Made by a program: the position numbers and the translations under genes. The notes beneath the pieces were generated by a model. It searched no databases and was not told the origin of the DNA. It saw only the letters and a program-made list of their open reading frames with translations. A DNA stretch of 64,000 bases, from positions 6,086-70,085 of the forward strand of contig CAYSUO010000002.1 of NCBI GenBank assembly GCA_964434325.1, given 5' to 3'. This DNA is from an uncultured Ruminococcus sp. (GTDB lineage Bacteria > Bacillota > Clostridia > Oscillospirales > CAG-272). Shown piece after piece: positions 29,917-38,420 of this stretch (the stretch's first letter is position 1; every line of letters starts with the position of its first letter).

Positions 29917-31131
29917 ATGAAATCCATAAAGGATATCTACAAGATAGGAAAGGGACCTTCAAGCTCACACACGATGGGTCCCGCGAAGGCGATGGGCATT
30001 TTCGTTCAGGAAAACCCGAATGTCGACAGCTACGAAGTGGTGCTCTACGGGTCGCTTGCCGACACGGGGCGCGGGCACGGCACGGACGTTGCGATAGAGA
30101 GCATGTGCCGCGGGAAGCCCGTTAACATCATCTTCAACGGGACAAACGAGGGCTTGCCGCACGAGAACACGATGGATATTTTCGCCATAGCGAACGGAGA
30201 GCGAGGCGCGGCAATGCGCGTTCTCAGCGTGGGCGGCGGCGACATACGCATTGTGGGGCGCGAGGACGACGGAGCCGACGAGGTTTACACGGAGAATAGC
30301 TTTGCCGAAATCGCGACGCTTTGCAAGAAGGAAGGGATACGCCTTTCCGACTTCGTTATCGCCCGCGAAGGAGAAGGGATATACGAATTTCTCGAACAAG
30401 TCTGGCAGGCGATGAAGAACTCGATCCACGAGGGGCTGACCTCGGCGGGAATATTGCCAGGAGGGCTCGAGGTTGAGAGGAAGGCACAACAGCTCTACAA
30501 CAAGCGGCACATAGACGAGAGCCCCGTTACGCGGGAGAATCGCCTTGTTTGCGCCTACGCCTACGCCGTCAGCGAGCAGAACGCGGACAACGGCACCATA
30601 GTTACCGCGCCCACCTGCGGCGCTTGCGCCGTTCTTCCTTCGGTTTTAAAATATATGCAGGAGAAGCACGGCTTTGGAGACCGCGACATATATCGCGCGC
30701 TCGCCGTGGCGGGGCTGATAGGAACGCTCGTCAAGACCAACGCTTCGATAAGCGGGGCGGAATGTGGCTGCCAAGCCGAGATAGGGACTGCCTGCTCCAT
30801 GGCGTCCGCCGCCCTGGCGGAGCTCTTTGAGATGGGGATAGACCAGATAGAATATGCCGCCGAGATCGCCTTTGAGCATCATCTCGGGCTCACCTGCGAC
30901 CCCATCTGCGGGCTCGTTCAAATCCCCTGCATAGAGCGAAACGCCGTTGCGGCAATGAGGGCGATAAACGCGATGAGCCTCGCCAACTTTCTTTCGGGCT
31001 CGCGCAAAATCTCGCTGGATATGGTGATACGCACCATGTACGAAACGGGAAAGGATATGTCGCATCGCTATCGCGAGACCTCCGAGGGCGGGCTTGCGAA
31101 GCTATACGGAGCAGGACATGGAAAAGCATAA
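29917..31131 (+). CDS. sdaA: L-serine ammonia-lyase (iron-sulfur dependent, single-chain)
   Basis: ORF track 29761..31131. From ATG 29917 it reads MKSIKDIYKIGKGPSSSHTMGP, with TAPTCGACAVLPSVL and GLTCDPICGLVQIPCIERNA. AAAGGAG SD. Confidence 0.9.
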   Translation: MKSIKDIYKIGKGPSSSHTMGPAKAMGIFVQENPNVDSYEVVLYGSLADTGRGHGTDVAIESMCRGKPVNIIFNGTNEGLPHENTMDIFAIANGERGAAMRVLSVGGGDIRIVGREDDGADEVYTENSFAEIATLCKKEGIRLSDFVIAREGEGIYEFLEQVWQAMKNSIHEGLTSAGILPGGLEVERKAQQLYNKRHIDESPVTRENRLVCAYAYAVSEQNADNGTIVTAPTCGACAVLPSVLKYMQEKHGFGDRDIYRALAVAGLIGTLVKTNASISGAECGCQAEIGTACSMASAALAELFEMGIDQIEYAAEIAFEHHLGLTCDPICGLVQIPCIERNAVAAMRAINAMSLANFLSGSRKISLDMVIRTMYETGKDMSHRYRETSEGGLAKLYGAGHGKA

Positions 31132-31270
31132 GATAGACAGAATAAACGAGCTCGGGCGCGCGATGAGGGTGCGCGAGCTCAGCGAAGCGGAGCGCGAGGA
31201 GCAGAGGCTCTTACGCGAGGAATACATCGCCGAAGTACGCGCGGCGCTTCGCCCCGAAAAGAAGAAATAG
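31118..31270 (+). CDS. DUF896/YnzC-like small protein (50 aa)
   Basis: Below the ORF-track size cut-off. My translation is MEKHKIDRINELGRAMRVRELSEAEREEQRLLREEYIAEVRAALRPEKKK, the typical UPF0291 pattern. It overlaps the sdaA 3' end. Confidence 0.7.
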   Translation: MEKHKIDRINELGRAMRVRELSEAEREEQRLLREEYIAEVRAALRPEKKK

Positions 31271-31297
31271 CCGACAGGCAACGCGAAAGGAAAGCTT

Positions 31298-31783
31298 ATG
31301 AAAACGTGCGCATTATGCCGCAAGGAATTTGAAAAGGACGAGCCCGCCGTTCTGACCATGACGGCGCTCGGCAACCCGAAATATTTATGCGAGGACTGCG
31401 AGAGGGATCTCGACGAGGCGACGCTCTCGCACGAGCCGAAAGCAATATCCGAAGCGATAGAACGGATAGGCGCAAAGCTCGTTCGCGAAAACAATTCTGA
31501 CAAGCTCGTTCTTGACACCGTGGACAACATAATCAGCGGGGCGCGCGAGCGCGCGGAGCTCATCGAAAGCGGCGACTACGACTTTGAGAGCGATGCCGCG
31601 GAGGAAGAGCTCGACGACGTTCCCGACGAGCTCAAAGAGAGCGAGGAGGACCGAGCGCGCGACGAGGCGGAGGCCGAGACCGCGAAAAAAGTTGACAAAG
31701 TTGTCAACATCATCTGCATTGCCGCCGTTATAGCCGCGGTCGGCTATCTCGTTTACAGGCTCATAACGTTTTTCGCAAGATGA
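31298..31783 (+). CDS. Hypothetical zinc-ribbon protein with acidic linker and C-terminal TM anchor
   Basis: ORF track. CALCRKEF..CEDCERDL, an Asp/Glu-rich middle and a C-terminal VVNIICIAAVIAAVGYLVYRLI. Confidence 0.6.
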   Translation: MKTCALCRKEFEKDEPAVLTMTALGNPKYLCEDCERDLDEATLSHEPKAISEAIERIGAKLVRENNSDKLVLDTVDNIISGARERAELIESGDYDFESDAAEEELDDVPDELKESEEDRARDEAEAETAKKVDKVVNIICIAAVIAAVGYLVYRLITFFAR

Positions 31784-32751
31784 GAGCGCTACGCTTCGCG
31801 ATAACGGGAACGAACTTCATCAGCGACAGCTTTTGCGACGCTTTGGCGCACACGGAGCGCGCGAGTGCCGTTGCGATATACTCGCGGACTGCCGCGAGGG
31901 GCGCGGAGTTCGCGAAAAAGCACAATATTCCGCGGGTCTACACGGACTATGCTGAGCTGCTTCGCGACGGGGATATCGACGCCGTTTACATTGCGTCTCC
32001 CACCTTTATGCACCGCGAGCTCTCCATTGCCGCCTTGAAGGCGGGGCGGCACGTTTTATGCGAAAAGACCATCGCTTTGAACTCGCGCGAGCTTTGCGAG
32101 ATGACGGAAACCGCCGAACGCGCAGACTGCGCGCTTATCGAAGCCATGCGCTCCGACTTCGATCCCGCGTTCGCCGCGGTGGCGCAAGCGCTCCCGCGGC
32201 TCGGGAAGATAAGGCGCGCCTACTTTGAATTTAGGCAGTACTCCTCGCGCTACGACGCATTTCTTTCGGGCAACGTTATGAACGCCTTTAACCCCACCTT
32301 GAAGAACTCGGCTCTCTCCGACATCGGCATATATCCCTTGCACCTCTGCGTTAGGCTTTTTGGAGAGCCGACGGAACTTTCGGCGCGCTCGCGCTTTTTA
32401 CACAACGGCTTTGAGGCGGAGGGTGAGCTCGTTCTCTCCTACTCGAGCTTTGACGCCGAGATACGTTACTCCAAGATAGCCGAGGGAAAAAACGTTTCGT
32501 TCATCGAGGGGGAAAACGGAACGATACGCTTTGGGAAGATAAACTCGCCACGCTTTCTTTCGATAGAGATAGGCGGAAGGGAGCTTGCGAGCTACGAGCC
32601 CGAGGAGAACAATATGCGCGCCGAAATTGACGGTTTTTGCGACACGGTACACGACCGAGGGCGGCGCGCGGAGCTTTTGGAGCTCACGGAGCGGGTGATG
32701 CGCGTTTACGATGTAGTCGCCCGCGCGGCGGGAATCCTCTACACCCTATAA
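31780..32751 (+). CDS. Gfo/Idh/MocA-family NAD(P)-dependent oxidoreductase
   Basis: ORF track. N-terminal Rossmann region (RFAITGTNFISDSF.., DAVYIASPTFMHRE and the consensus EKP-like VLCEKT). Confidence 0.8.
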   Translation: MRALRFAITGTNFISDSFCDALAHTERASAVAIYSRTAARGAEFAKKHNIPRVYTDYAELLRDGDIDAVYIASPTFMHRELSIAALKAGRHVLCEKTIALNSRELCEMTETAERADCALIEAMRSDFDPAFAAVAQALPRLGKIRRAYFEFRQYSSRYDAFLSGNVMNAFNPTLKNSALSDIGIYPLHLCVRLFGEPTELSARSRFLHNGFEAEGELVLSYSSFDAEIRYSKIAEGKNVSFIEGENGTIRFGKINSPRFLSIEIGGRELASYEPEENNMRAEIDGFCDTVHDRGRRAELLELTERVMRVYDVVARAAGILYTL

Positions 32752-32761
32752 AGAATTAAAA

Positions 32762-32798
32762 AGGTGCTCAAAGCATATCTTGCTATGAGCACTTTTTT
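32762..32798 (+). terminator. Rho-independent terminator
   Basis: GTGCTCA-15 nt loop-TGAGCAC followed by TTTTTTG. Confidence 0.6.
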
Positions 32799-32810
32799 GT
32801 GGGGGACACG

Positions 32811-34154
32811 ATGAAACTTCTATCGCTTCTCCCGCCGACGATGGCGGCGGCGGGAATTTTTTTGCTTTTCAAGCTTAAATTCTTTTTCTTTCGGCACCCG
32901 ATAAGGACGGCGCGCACCCTCGGGCGTTCGCTTTCGCGCGAGGGCGCACCGCGTGCGCTCCTGCTCTCGCTGGCGGGGACGCTCGGCGTTGGCAACGTGG
33001 TCGGCGTCGGCTTCGGCATCATCGTTGGCGGGGCGGGGAGCGTGTTTTGGCTTTTGGTCTCCGCCGCATTTTCGGCGGTGCTGAAATTTGCGGAATCCGC
33101 AGTGGCGGCAGATATGCGCGAAGGAGAGCGCGGCGGAATGATGTACGTTATACGAAAGAGCTTTCGCGGGAGGGCACGGCTTTTAAGCTACGGCTATGCC
33201 CTCTTCTGCCTTTTACTCGCGCTGACGATGGGGAGCGCGTTACAGTCGCGCGCCGCCGTTGAGAGCCTGGGAGCGGAAAGAGCGGGAGTGCGGCTTGGCT
33301 TCGCCATGATTTTTGCTCTGCTCGTTATCCCAGCCGTTATCGGCGGGGCGAAAAAGATAGAGCGCGTTACCGCCATCGCCGTTCCCGCCGCGAGCGTTGC
33401 CTACGTTTTTCTCACCGTTTTCGTCATAGTGCTGCACGCGGATCGCCTCGGCATGGTCATCGCCGATATATTCCGCTCCGCATTTAAAACGAGAGCCGTC
33501 GCGGGAGGCGTTGGAACTTATACCGCGCTCGGCGCGATACGCGAGGGCTTTTGCCGCGGCTTGCTCTCCAACGAGGCGGGGGCGGGGACCTCGGCCATGG
33601 CGCAAGCGCGAAGCTCGTCCGAAAGCGCCGCCGAGGTGGGGCTTTCCGCCGCCTGCGAGGTCATCGCGGACACGGTGGTGCTCTGTATGCTGACGGCTCT
33701 CGCCGTTTTGTGTGCTGTTCCCCGCCCCGCCGAATACTCGACGGGCATGGAGCTGATACGCGCCGCGCTATCCTCGGCGGGCGGCTTCGCCGAGCCTGTT
33801 CTCTGCTTCTGCATTAGCGCCTTCGCTTTTTCCACGGTGATATGTTGGTACTACTACGGAGCTCTCTCACTTGAATTTTTGACGGGCAGCGGCAAAACGC
33901 GAGGCTTTACCGCGGTCTTCGTGCTCTCCGTTTTCGTGGGGGCGCTATCGCCCTCGCGGCTGCTCATAGAGCTCTCCGACGTTTTGCTCTTTATTATGTG
34001 CCTCTTTTCGCTTTCCGCGGTTATAAAAAACTCCGACAGGCTTTTGGCGCTGTCGGAGAAGGGGGGACTCATTTCAAAAGGCGAATGCGGGAAAGGGGAG
34101 CTATGCCGCGAGCCGCGAGCTCAGCGAGCCGCGCGGAAACGGCGCTCTCGGTAA
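32811..34154 (+). CDS. Alanine/glycine:cation symporter (AGCS family)
   Basis: ORF track 32799..34154. LSLAGTLGVGNVVGVGFGIIVGGAGSVFWL, NEAGAGTSAMA and multiple TM segments. The last 86 nt overlap the hom 3' end on the other strand. Confidence 0.8.
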   Translation: MKLLSLLPPTMAAAGIFLLFKLKFFFFRHPIRTARTLGRSLSREGAPRALLLSLAGTLGVGNVVGVGFGIIVGGAGSVFWLLVSAAFSAVLKFAESAVAADMREGERGGMMYVIRKSFRGRARLLSYGYALFCLLLALTMGSALQSRAAVESLGAERAGVRLGFAMIFALLVIPAVIGGAKKIERVTAIAVPAASVAYVFLTVFVIVLHADRLGMVIADIFRSAFKTRAVAGGVGTYTALGAIREGFCRGLLSNEAGAGTSAMAQARSSSESAAEVGLSAACEVIADTVVLCMLTALAVLCAVPRPAEYSTGMELIRAALSSAGGFAEPVLCFCISAFAFSTVICWYYYGALSLEFLTGSGKTRGFTAVFVLSVFVGALSPSRLLIELSDVLLFIMCLFSLSAVIKNSDRLLALSEKGGLISKGECGKGELCREPRAQRAARKRRSR

Positions 34155-35277
34155 GCTCCTCCGTCACGAAGGCACAGTCGGCGCTTGCGATGAATTTCAC
34201 GGCGCCGAACGCCGCCGAGGCTTCCGCCTCGCTTCCCGCGGGAAGGGCGATATAGTTTTCCGAGGCAAAGCTCTCGAAGCTCCGCGCCTCGGAGCCCCTA
34301 TTGAAGCTGGGTGCGGCATAGTGCACACCCGTGCGCATTATCTGCACCACGTCACCAATGACGGCGGAAGCGGTTGCACCCGCGCCAGCGCCTCTGCCAT
34401 ACAGCATAACGTTGCCGAGGGGCTCGGCGAGTATCTCCACCGCGTTATAGACGCCGAAAACGCCTGCAAGCGGCTCCGTCTCGCGTATCGCGAAGGGGGC
34501 GACGAAAACGTGGGCCGCCTCGTCATTTTTCACAATGCAACGCGCCACGAGCTTGACGACGAAGCCGAAGCGCTCCAATGCCTCTACGTCTTGGGGGCGA
34601 ACGGCTGTGATACCCTCGGTGTGAATTTCCTCGGGCGGAATGAGCGCGCCCGTTGCTATCGCCGCCAAAATGCATATTTTGCGCGCCGCGTCAAGCCCCT
34701 GAACGTCGGCGGCGGGGTCCTTTTCCGCGTAGCCCTTCGCCTGGGCGCCTTCGAGCGCGGACGCGAAGCTATCGCCGAACTTGAACATGCGCGTTAAAAT
34801 GTAGTTGCTCGTTCCGTTCAAGATACCGCGCACCTCGGAGAGCTTGTTTTGCTTTATGAAGCTTATCAGGGGAGAAATGACGGGGATACCGCCGCCAACC
34901 GCCGCCTCGAAGCGATAGGTCACGCCGTTTTCCGCCGCGAGCCGCAAAAATTCATCGCCGAAGCGGGAGACGACCTCCTTGTTGGAGCTCACCACGTGCT
35001 TCCCTGCGCGGAGCGCCGCCACGGTGTATTCGTAGGCGGGGTGCGAGCCGCCCATGAGCTCGACGACGCAGGAGACGGAGCTATCCGCGAGAATGACGAA
35101 AAAATCGTGAACCACGCGGCTCTCCATGGGATCGCCCGAAAAATCTTTAAGATCGAGAACGTATTTCACGTTGAGCGCGTCGCCGCCAAGGGCGGCGATC
35201 TCGCTTGAATTTTGAGCGACGAGCTCGGCGACGCCGTGACCGACGACGCCGTAGCCGAGAATTGCAATATGAGTCAT
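34069..35277 (-). CDS. hom: Homoserine dehydrogenase (with C-terminal ACT domain)
   Basis: ORF track 34069..35370. From ATG 35277 it reads MTHIAILGYGVVGHGVAELV, with ILNGTSNYILTRM. AAAGGAAAAG SD. Confidence 0.9.
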   Translation of the reverse strand: MTHIAILGYGVVGHGVAELVAQNSSEIAALGGDALNVKYVLDLKDFSGDPMESRVVHDFFVILADSSVSCVVELMGGSHPAYEYTVAALRAGKHVVSSNKEVVSRFGDEFLRLAAENGVTYRFEAAVGGGIPVISPLISFIKQNKLSEVRGILNGTSNYILTRMFKFGDSFASALEGAQAKGYAEKDPAADVQGLDAARKICILAAIATGALIPPEEIHTEGITAVRPQDVEALERFGFVVKLVARCIVKNDEAAHVFVAPFAIRETEPLAGVFGVYNAVEILAEPLGNVMLYGRGAGAGATASAVIGDVVQIMRTGVHYAAPSFNRGSEARSFESFASENYIALPAGSEAEASAAFGAVKFIASADCAFVTEELTESAVSARLAELAARGIAPLSRIRLLK

Positions 35278-35341
35278 TGGCTTTTCCTTTGTTTTTATTG
35301 CGCGTAGCGCGATAAATGCAAACAATATCACATTATGACTT

Positions 35342-35370
35342 ATTATACTACTTTTTTTGAAAAAAAGCAA
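35342..35370 (-). promoter_or_regulatory. Predicted hom promoter
   Basis: Minus strand reads TTGCTT-17 nt-TATAAT. Confidence 0.45.
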
Positions 35371-35585
35371 GTAAAACGCAAAAAAAGCTGTCGCCCGTCA
35401 GAATTATTCAAAAATGAAGCCTTGACTATGCGAAAAGGGCGTCTCATTTGGGCTTAATATAACAAGCTTTTTAAGGTGCGAGACATTGAGAATACAGATA
35501 AGCGGGGCGAATTTAAGTTTTTCGTCAAAAATTTCGTATTCTTAGTGCGAAGCGACTTTGAAGTTCGCTTGATTTTCACACAAAA

Positions 35586-35657
35586 ACGGCAGAAGCAGAG
35601 ATATTTCTTCACTTCTACCGTTTTCGTTTGACTTTGATAAATGCGACAGGCGCTTTT
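35586..35657. repeat. Solo module A of the repeat family: bidirectional terminator hairpin + conserved TAAATGCGACAG end
   Basis: aaaaACGGCAGAAGcagagatatttcttcaCTTCTACCGTtttcgtttg..gaTAAATGCGACAGgcgctttt, downstream of the HD gene. Confidence 0.6.
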
Positions 35658-35705
35658 GTTTATACAAAAATCTTTGCTAAGCGTTGTGCGAGAAATTTAC
35701 GGGGC

Positions 35706-36308
35706 TTACGAATTGCCAGCCTCGCGCTTCTTGCCCTCCAAAAAATACGTCGCCTCACTATCCGCCGTTGAAAGGGCGAATGCCAAGGGGAACATCTCGA
35801 AGGCGGCGGAGACGTTGCGCGCGTCCTCGGTTGAGGAATAGCCCATGTGATAGCGTATTGCAAAGGCTTCCTCGCGCGAAAGCTTCATGTAGCCCGTTAT
35901 CATGTAGACGCTTTTTTCGCCGTGCCCGTAGGGGAGCTTATCGTCGTACTCGTAGGTTTCGACGCGCTGCCAAACGCCCTTTTCGTCCTTGACGTTGCGG
36001 AAGCCCTTCTTGTAGACGTTGACCTTACAGAGGTCGTGGAGGAGGGCGACGATGGCGATGGTTTCCTCCGAATAGGCGAAGCCGAAGGTCTCGCGAGCGC
36101 GCTGGGTACAGAGATAGCTATGAAGGCACTCGTAGACGTTGACGGAATGCTCGCAAAGCCCGCCCTCGAAGGAGGAATGGAAGCGCGAGGAGGCGGGCGC
36201 CGTGAAAAAATCGGACGCGGGCGAGAGCAAAAATTCAAGCAACTCTCCCGAGCCCTCGCGCGTGATGAGCCCCTTGTATATATCGATAAATCTATCTTTG
36301 TAGTTCAT
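35706..36308 (-). CDS. HD-domain phosphohydrolase (YhaM-type HD domain, no OB fold)
   Basis: ORF track. FHSSFEGGLCEHSVNV, ALLHDLCK and YGHGEKS. AAAGGA SD. Confidence 0.75.
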   Translation of the reverse strand: MNYKDRFIDIYKGLITREGSGELLEFLLSPASDFFTAPASSRFHSSFEGGLCEHSVNVYECLHSYLCTQRARETFGFAYSEETIAIVALLHDLCKVNVYKKGFRNVKDEKGVWQRVETYEYDDKLPYGHGEKSVYMITGYMKLSREEAFAIRYHMGYSSTEDARNVSAAFEMFPLAFALSTADSEATYFLEGKKREAGNS

Positions 36309-36395
36309 ATTGATATCCTTTCTACCATTTGCTCGCTTGCACTTGCGGCGACGGCACGTACTGCCGAAGCAAAAGCGCTATGTAAACAAAACGCG

Positions 36396-37529
36396 TCATT
36401 GATTTAACTCGGTGTTTTTGTACTCGGCGATTTCCCGCTCCGTGCCGCCGCGCCTGCCGAGGGAGCGCGCGTTGGCGGCGGCTCTGCCGTTGAAGGCACT
36501 TCGCACTATTCTCCAAACGTAGAGGAAGGGGAGAAGAATGGGGCATTTTTTTAACACGGGGAAGGCGCGCCGCATGTGGGAATAAGGGGGAAAGATGCGA
36601 TGGAAAACGAATTTCAGGCGCCCGCCCTTGGAATGTAGGCGAACGCTGTTATCGAGAGTGCCGTACGTGCCGCCGCTGACGAGGTAGAGCTCAAAATCGA
36701 CGGTGCTCTCGTCTGCCTCGCCGCCCGCAAACCAGACGCTTTGCAGGGCGGTTAGCCGCTCGTAGATATCGGAAAGCCCCTTGCGGCGGAGCAAATCGGC
36801 GAACTCCTTCGACGAAAACGACGCGCCGTACTTTTTCGCGAAGAGGTAGAGGTCGAACACCGTTCTCATGCCGCACCCGCCGCTCGAATAGTGCTTCTCG
36901 GCGTGGCGAAGGAGAAAGACGAAGAGCTCGTCGCGGGGGAGGAGGCAACGAAAAGCGTACCCCGCGGCGCGCTCACAGCCGCGAAGCGGGAGCGGGGGCG
37001 CGCCGTGATAGAGCGCCTCGTGCAGCTCGAGCTCGATGAAGGGCGGCTTTTTCAGCACGTGGTGCACCTCGTTTTTAGACGCACGGGTATAGCCCGCGTT
37101 CTCGGCGAGGCGTAGCGCCGCCTCGATGCTTTCGGGCTCGACGTAGATATCGATATCTGTCATCTCGCGAAGCTCGGGGCGGGGATAGAGCTCCTTTAAG
37201 AGGAAGCCCTTCATGGGGAGATAGAGTATTTCGTTTTCCTCGAAGAGGGCGGAGAGCCTTGCAAACTCGGCGCACTGAGACAGGTGCTTGGCGTTCAACA
37301 CCTCCGCCGTGCGACGCCAGCCGAAAAACTGCTCCTCGGTCAGCTCCTCGCGAAGGCGCTCTTTGAGCGCGAAGAACACGAGAGCCGAGAGAGAATGTGC
37401 CTTGGCGACGGCGGCGACGGCGTGCCACGGGAGCTCGGCGGGCTTTTCGGGAGCCGCCGTCCCCTCGGAAAGCGCCTGAAAGGCCTTGGCGATATAACGT
37501 GCGGCGGCTATTTGTTCCTTATACGTCAT
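36396..37529 (-). CDS. Uncharacterised nucleotidyltransferase-family protein (NTP_transf_5-like)
   Basis: ORF track. ILYLPMKGFLLKELYPRPELREMTDIDIYVEPE, the pattern of the family seen as an accessory gene in lasso-peptide clusters. Its start overlaps the peptidase gene by 11 nt. Confidence 0.7.
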   Translation of the reverse strand: MTYKEQIAAARYIAKAFQALSEGTAAPEKPAELPWHAVAAVAKAHSLSALVFFALKERLREELTEEQFFGWRRTAEVLNAKHLSQCAEFARLSALFEENEILYLPMKGFLLKELYPRPELREMTDIDIYVEPESIEAALRLAENAGYTRASKNEVHHVLKKPPFIELELHEALYHGAPPLPLRGCERAAGYAFRCLLPRDELFVFLLRHAEKHYSSGGCGMRTVFDLYLFAKKYGASFSSKEFADLLRRKGLSDIYERLTALQSVWFAGGEADESTVDFELYLVSGGTYGTLDNSVRLHSKGGRLKFVFHRIFPPYSHMRRAFPVLKKCPILLPFLYVWRIVRSAFNGRAAANARSLGRRGGTEREIAEYKNTELNQ

Positions 37530-37986
37530 GTTTTTTCTTTCTCCGAAATATTTTTACATAGGCGCGGCGAAAAAAGCTCGCCACGGAATGGAGGGCGAAG
37601 CGCACGGGGTAGATAAACGTCCAGACGCGAGCGTACACCGCTAAGCGGCGGGAGCTCGCCTCGAAGCGTTTTCCCTTCCTGTCAAACGACGCCAAAACGC
37701 CTATTATCTGCGTGGGGGCGACGTGCTCACGAAAATAGGTGTTGTCGCCGCGCATTATGTACTCGGTGCTCTTAACCGCGACGACGCGGTGCAAAACGTA
37801 GCGCTCACGGTCACGATAGAGGACGACGTCGTACTTCTTCGGCGGCGCACTCGGCGGCACGATTATCACCACGTCGCGCCTGTTGCCCAGCATGGGGCGC
37901 ATACTGTTTCCGACGGCGCACGTGGCGTAAACTCCGTGGCGGCGGAGCTCGGACTCGATGACGGGCTCACTCACGCTATCCGTCAT
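37519..37986 (-). CDS. S26B (SipW/ER-type) signal-peptidase-like protein
   Basis: ORF track. Serine box GNSMRPML, then YDVVLY, then VLHRVVAV (His where bacterial P-type enzymes have Lys), then MRGDN. Hydrophobic or basic C-terminal tail. Confidence 0.7.
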   Translation of the reverse strand: MTDSVSEPVIESELRRHGVYATCAVGNSMRPMLGNRRDVVIIVPPSAPPKKYDVVLYRDRERYVLHRVVAVKSTEYIMRGDNTYFREHVAPTQIIGVLASFDRKGKRFEASSRRLAVYARVWTFIYPVRFALHSVASFFRRAYVKIFRRKKKHDV

Positions 37987-38252
37987 TCTTCAAGTATCCC
38001 AGCCGCGAGAAGTTTTTCGCGGAACGCCTCGACGTCGCGCACGATGACCTCGCGCGGTGCGTCGTACTCCTTCATTGCGGCGAGAACGAGCTCCTCGGCG
38101 CTGACGTCCTTATCCTTGGCGAGCTCCCAGAAGAAGGCGCCCGTGGCGTTCATACGCACGAGCCCCGAAAAGATTTTCGTGCGCTCTCCTACGGCGACCG
38201 CCAAAAAAGAGCCGCCGACGCTTTCGAGAACGAATCCGTCTTTTATCTTCAT
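37983..38252 (-). CDS. PqqD-family protein (RRE-type peptide-binding chaperone)
   Basis: ORF track 37983..38282. MKIKDGFVLESVGGSFLAVAV..VRMNATGAFFWELAKDKDVSAEELVLAAMKEYDAPREVIVRDVEAFREKLLAAGIL. Start moved to ATG 38252 behind the GGAATGGAG SD. Stop overlaps the next start (ATGA). Confidence 0.75.
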   Translation of the reverse strand: MKIKDGFVLESVGGSFLAVAVGERTKIFSGLVRMNATGAFFWELAKDKDVSAEELVLAAMKEYDAPREVIVRDVEAFREKLLAAGILEE

Positions 38253-38280
38253 ATAGTCTCCATTCCGCCGCCTCTGCGGC
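38253..38280 (-). promoter_or_regulatory. Stem-loop + SD cassette upstream of the PqqD-family gene
   Basis: Minus strand reads GCCGC-AGAG-GCGGC-GGAATGGAG-ACTAT-ATG. Confidence 0.45.
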
Positions 38281-38312
38281 ATAAATATTTATTAAAACAT
38301 GTCTTTGCTATA

Positions 38313-38341
38313 AGTATAACATAACACGCGCGGATTTGCAA
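38313..38341 (-). promoter_or_regulatory. Predicted promoter of the PqqD-peptidase-NTase operon
   Basis: Minus strand reads TTGCAA-17 nt-TATACT. Confidence 0.6.
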
Positions 38342-38354
38342 GAGAAAAGCGCGA

Positions 38355-38395
38355 AGAAAATACAGAAAACGGAGACCCGAGCGAGAGGTCTCCGT
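38355..38395 (-). terminator. Rho-independent terminator of eno
   Basis: Minus strand reads ACGGAGACC-tctcgctcg-GGTCTCCGT followed by TTTTCTGTATTTTC. Confidence 0.75.
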
Positions 38396-38420
38396 TTAAG
38401 ATGCTTTATCGCGCGAACGG

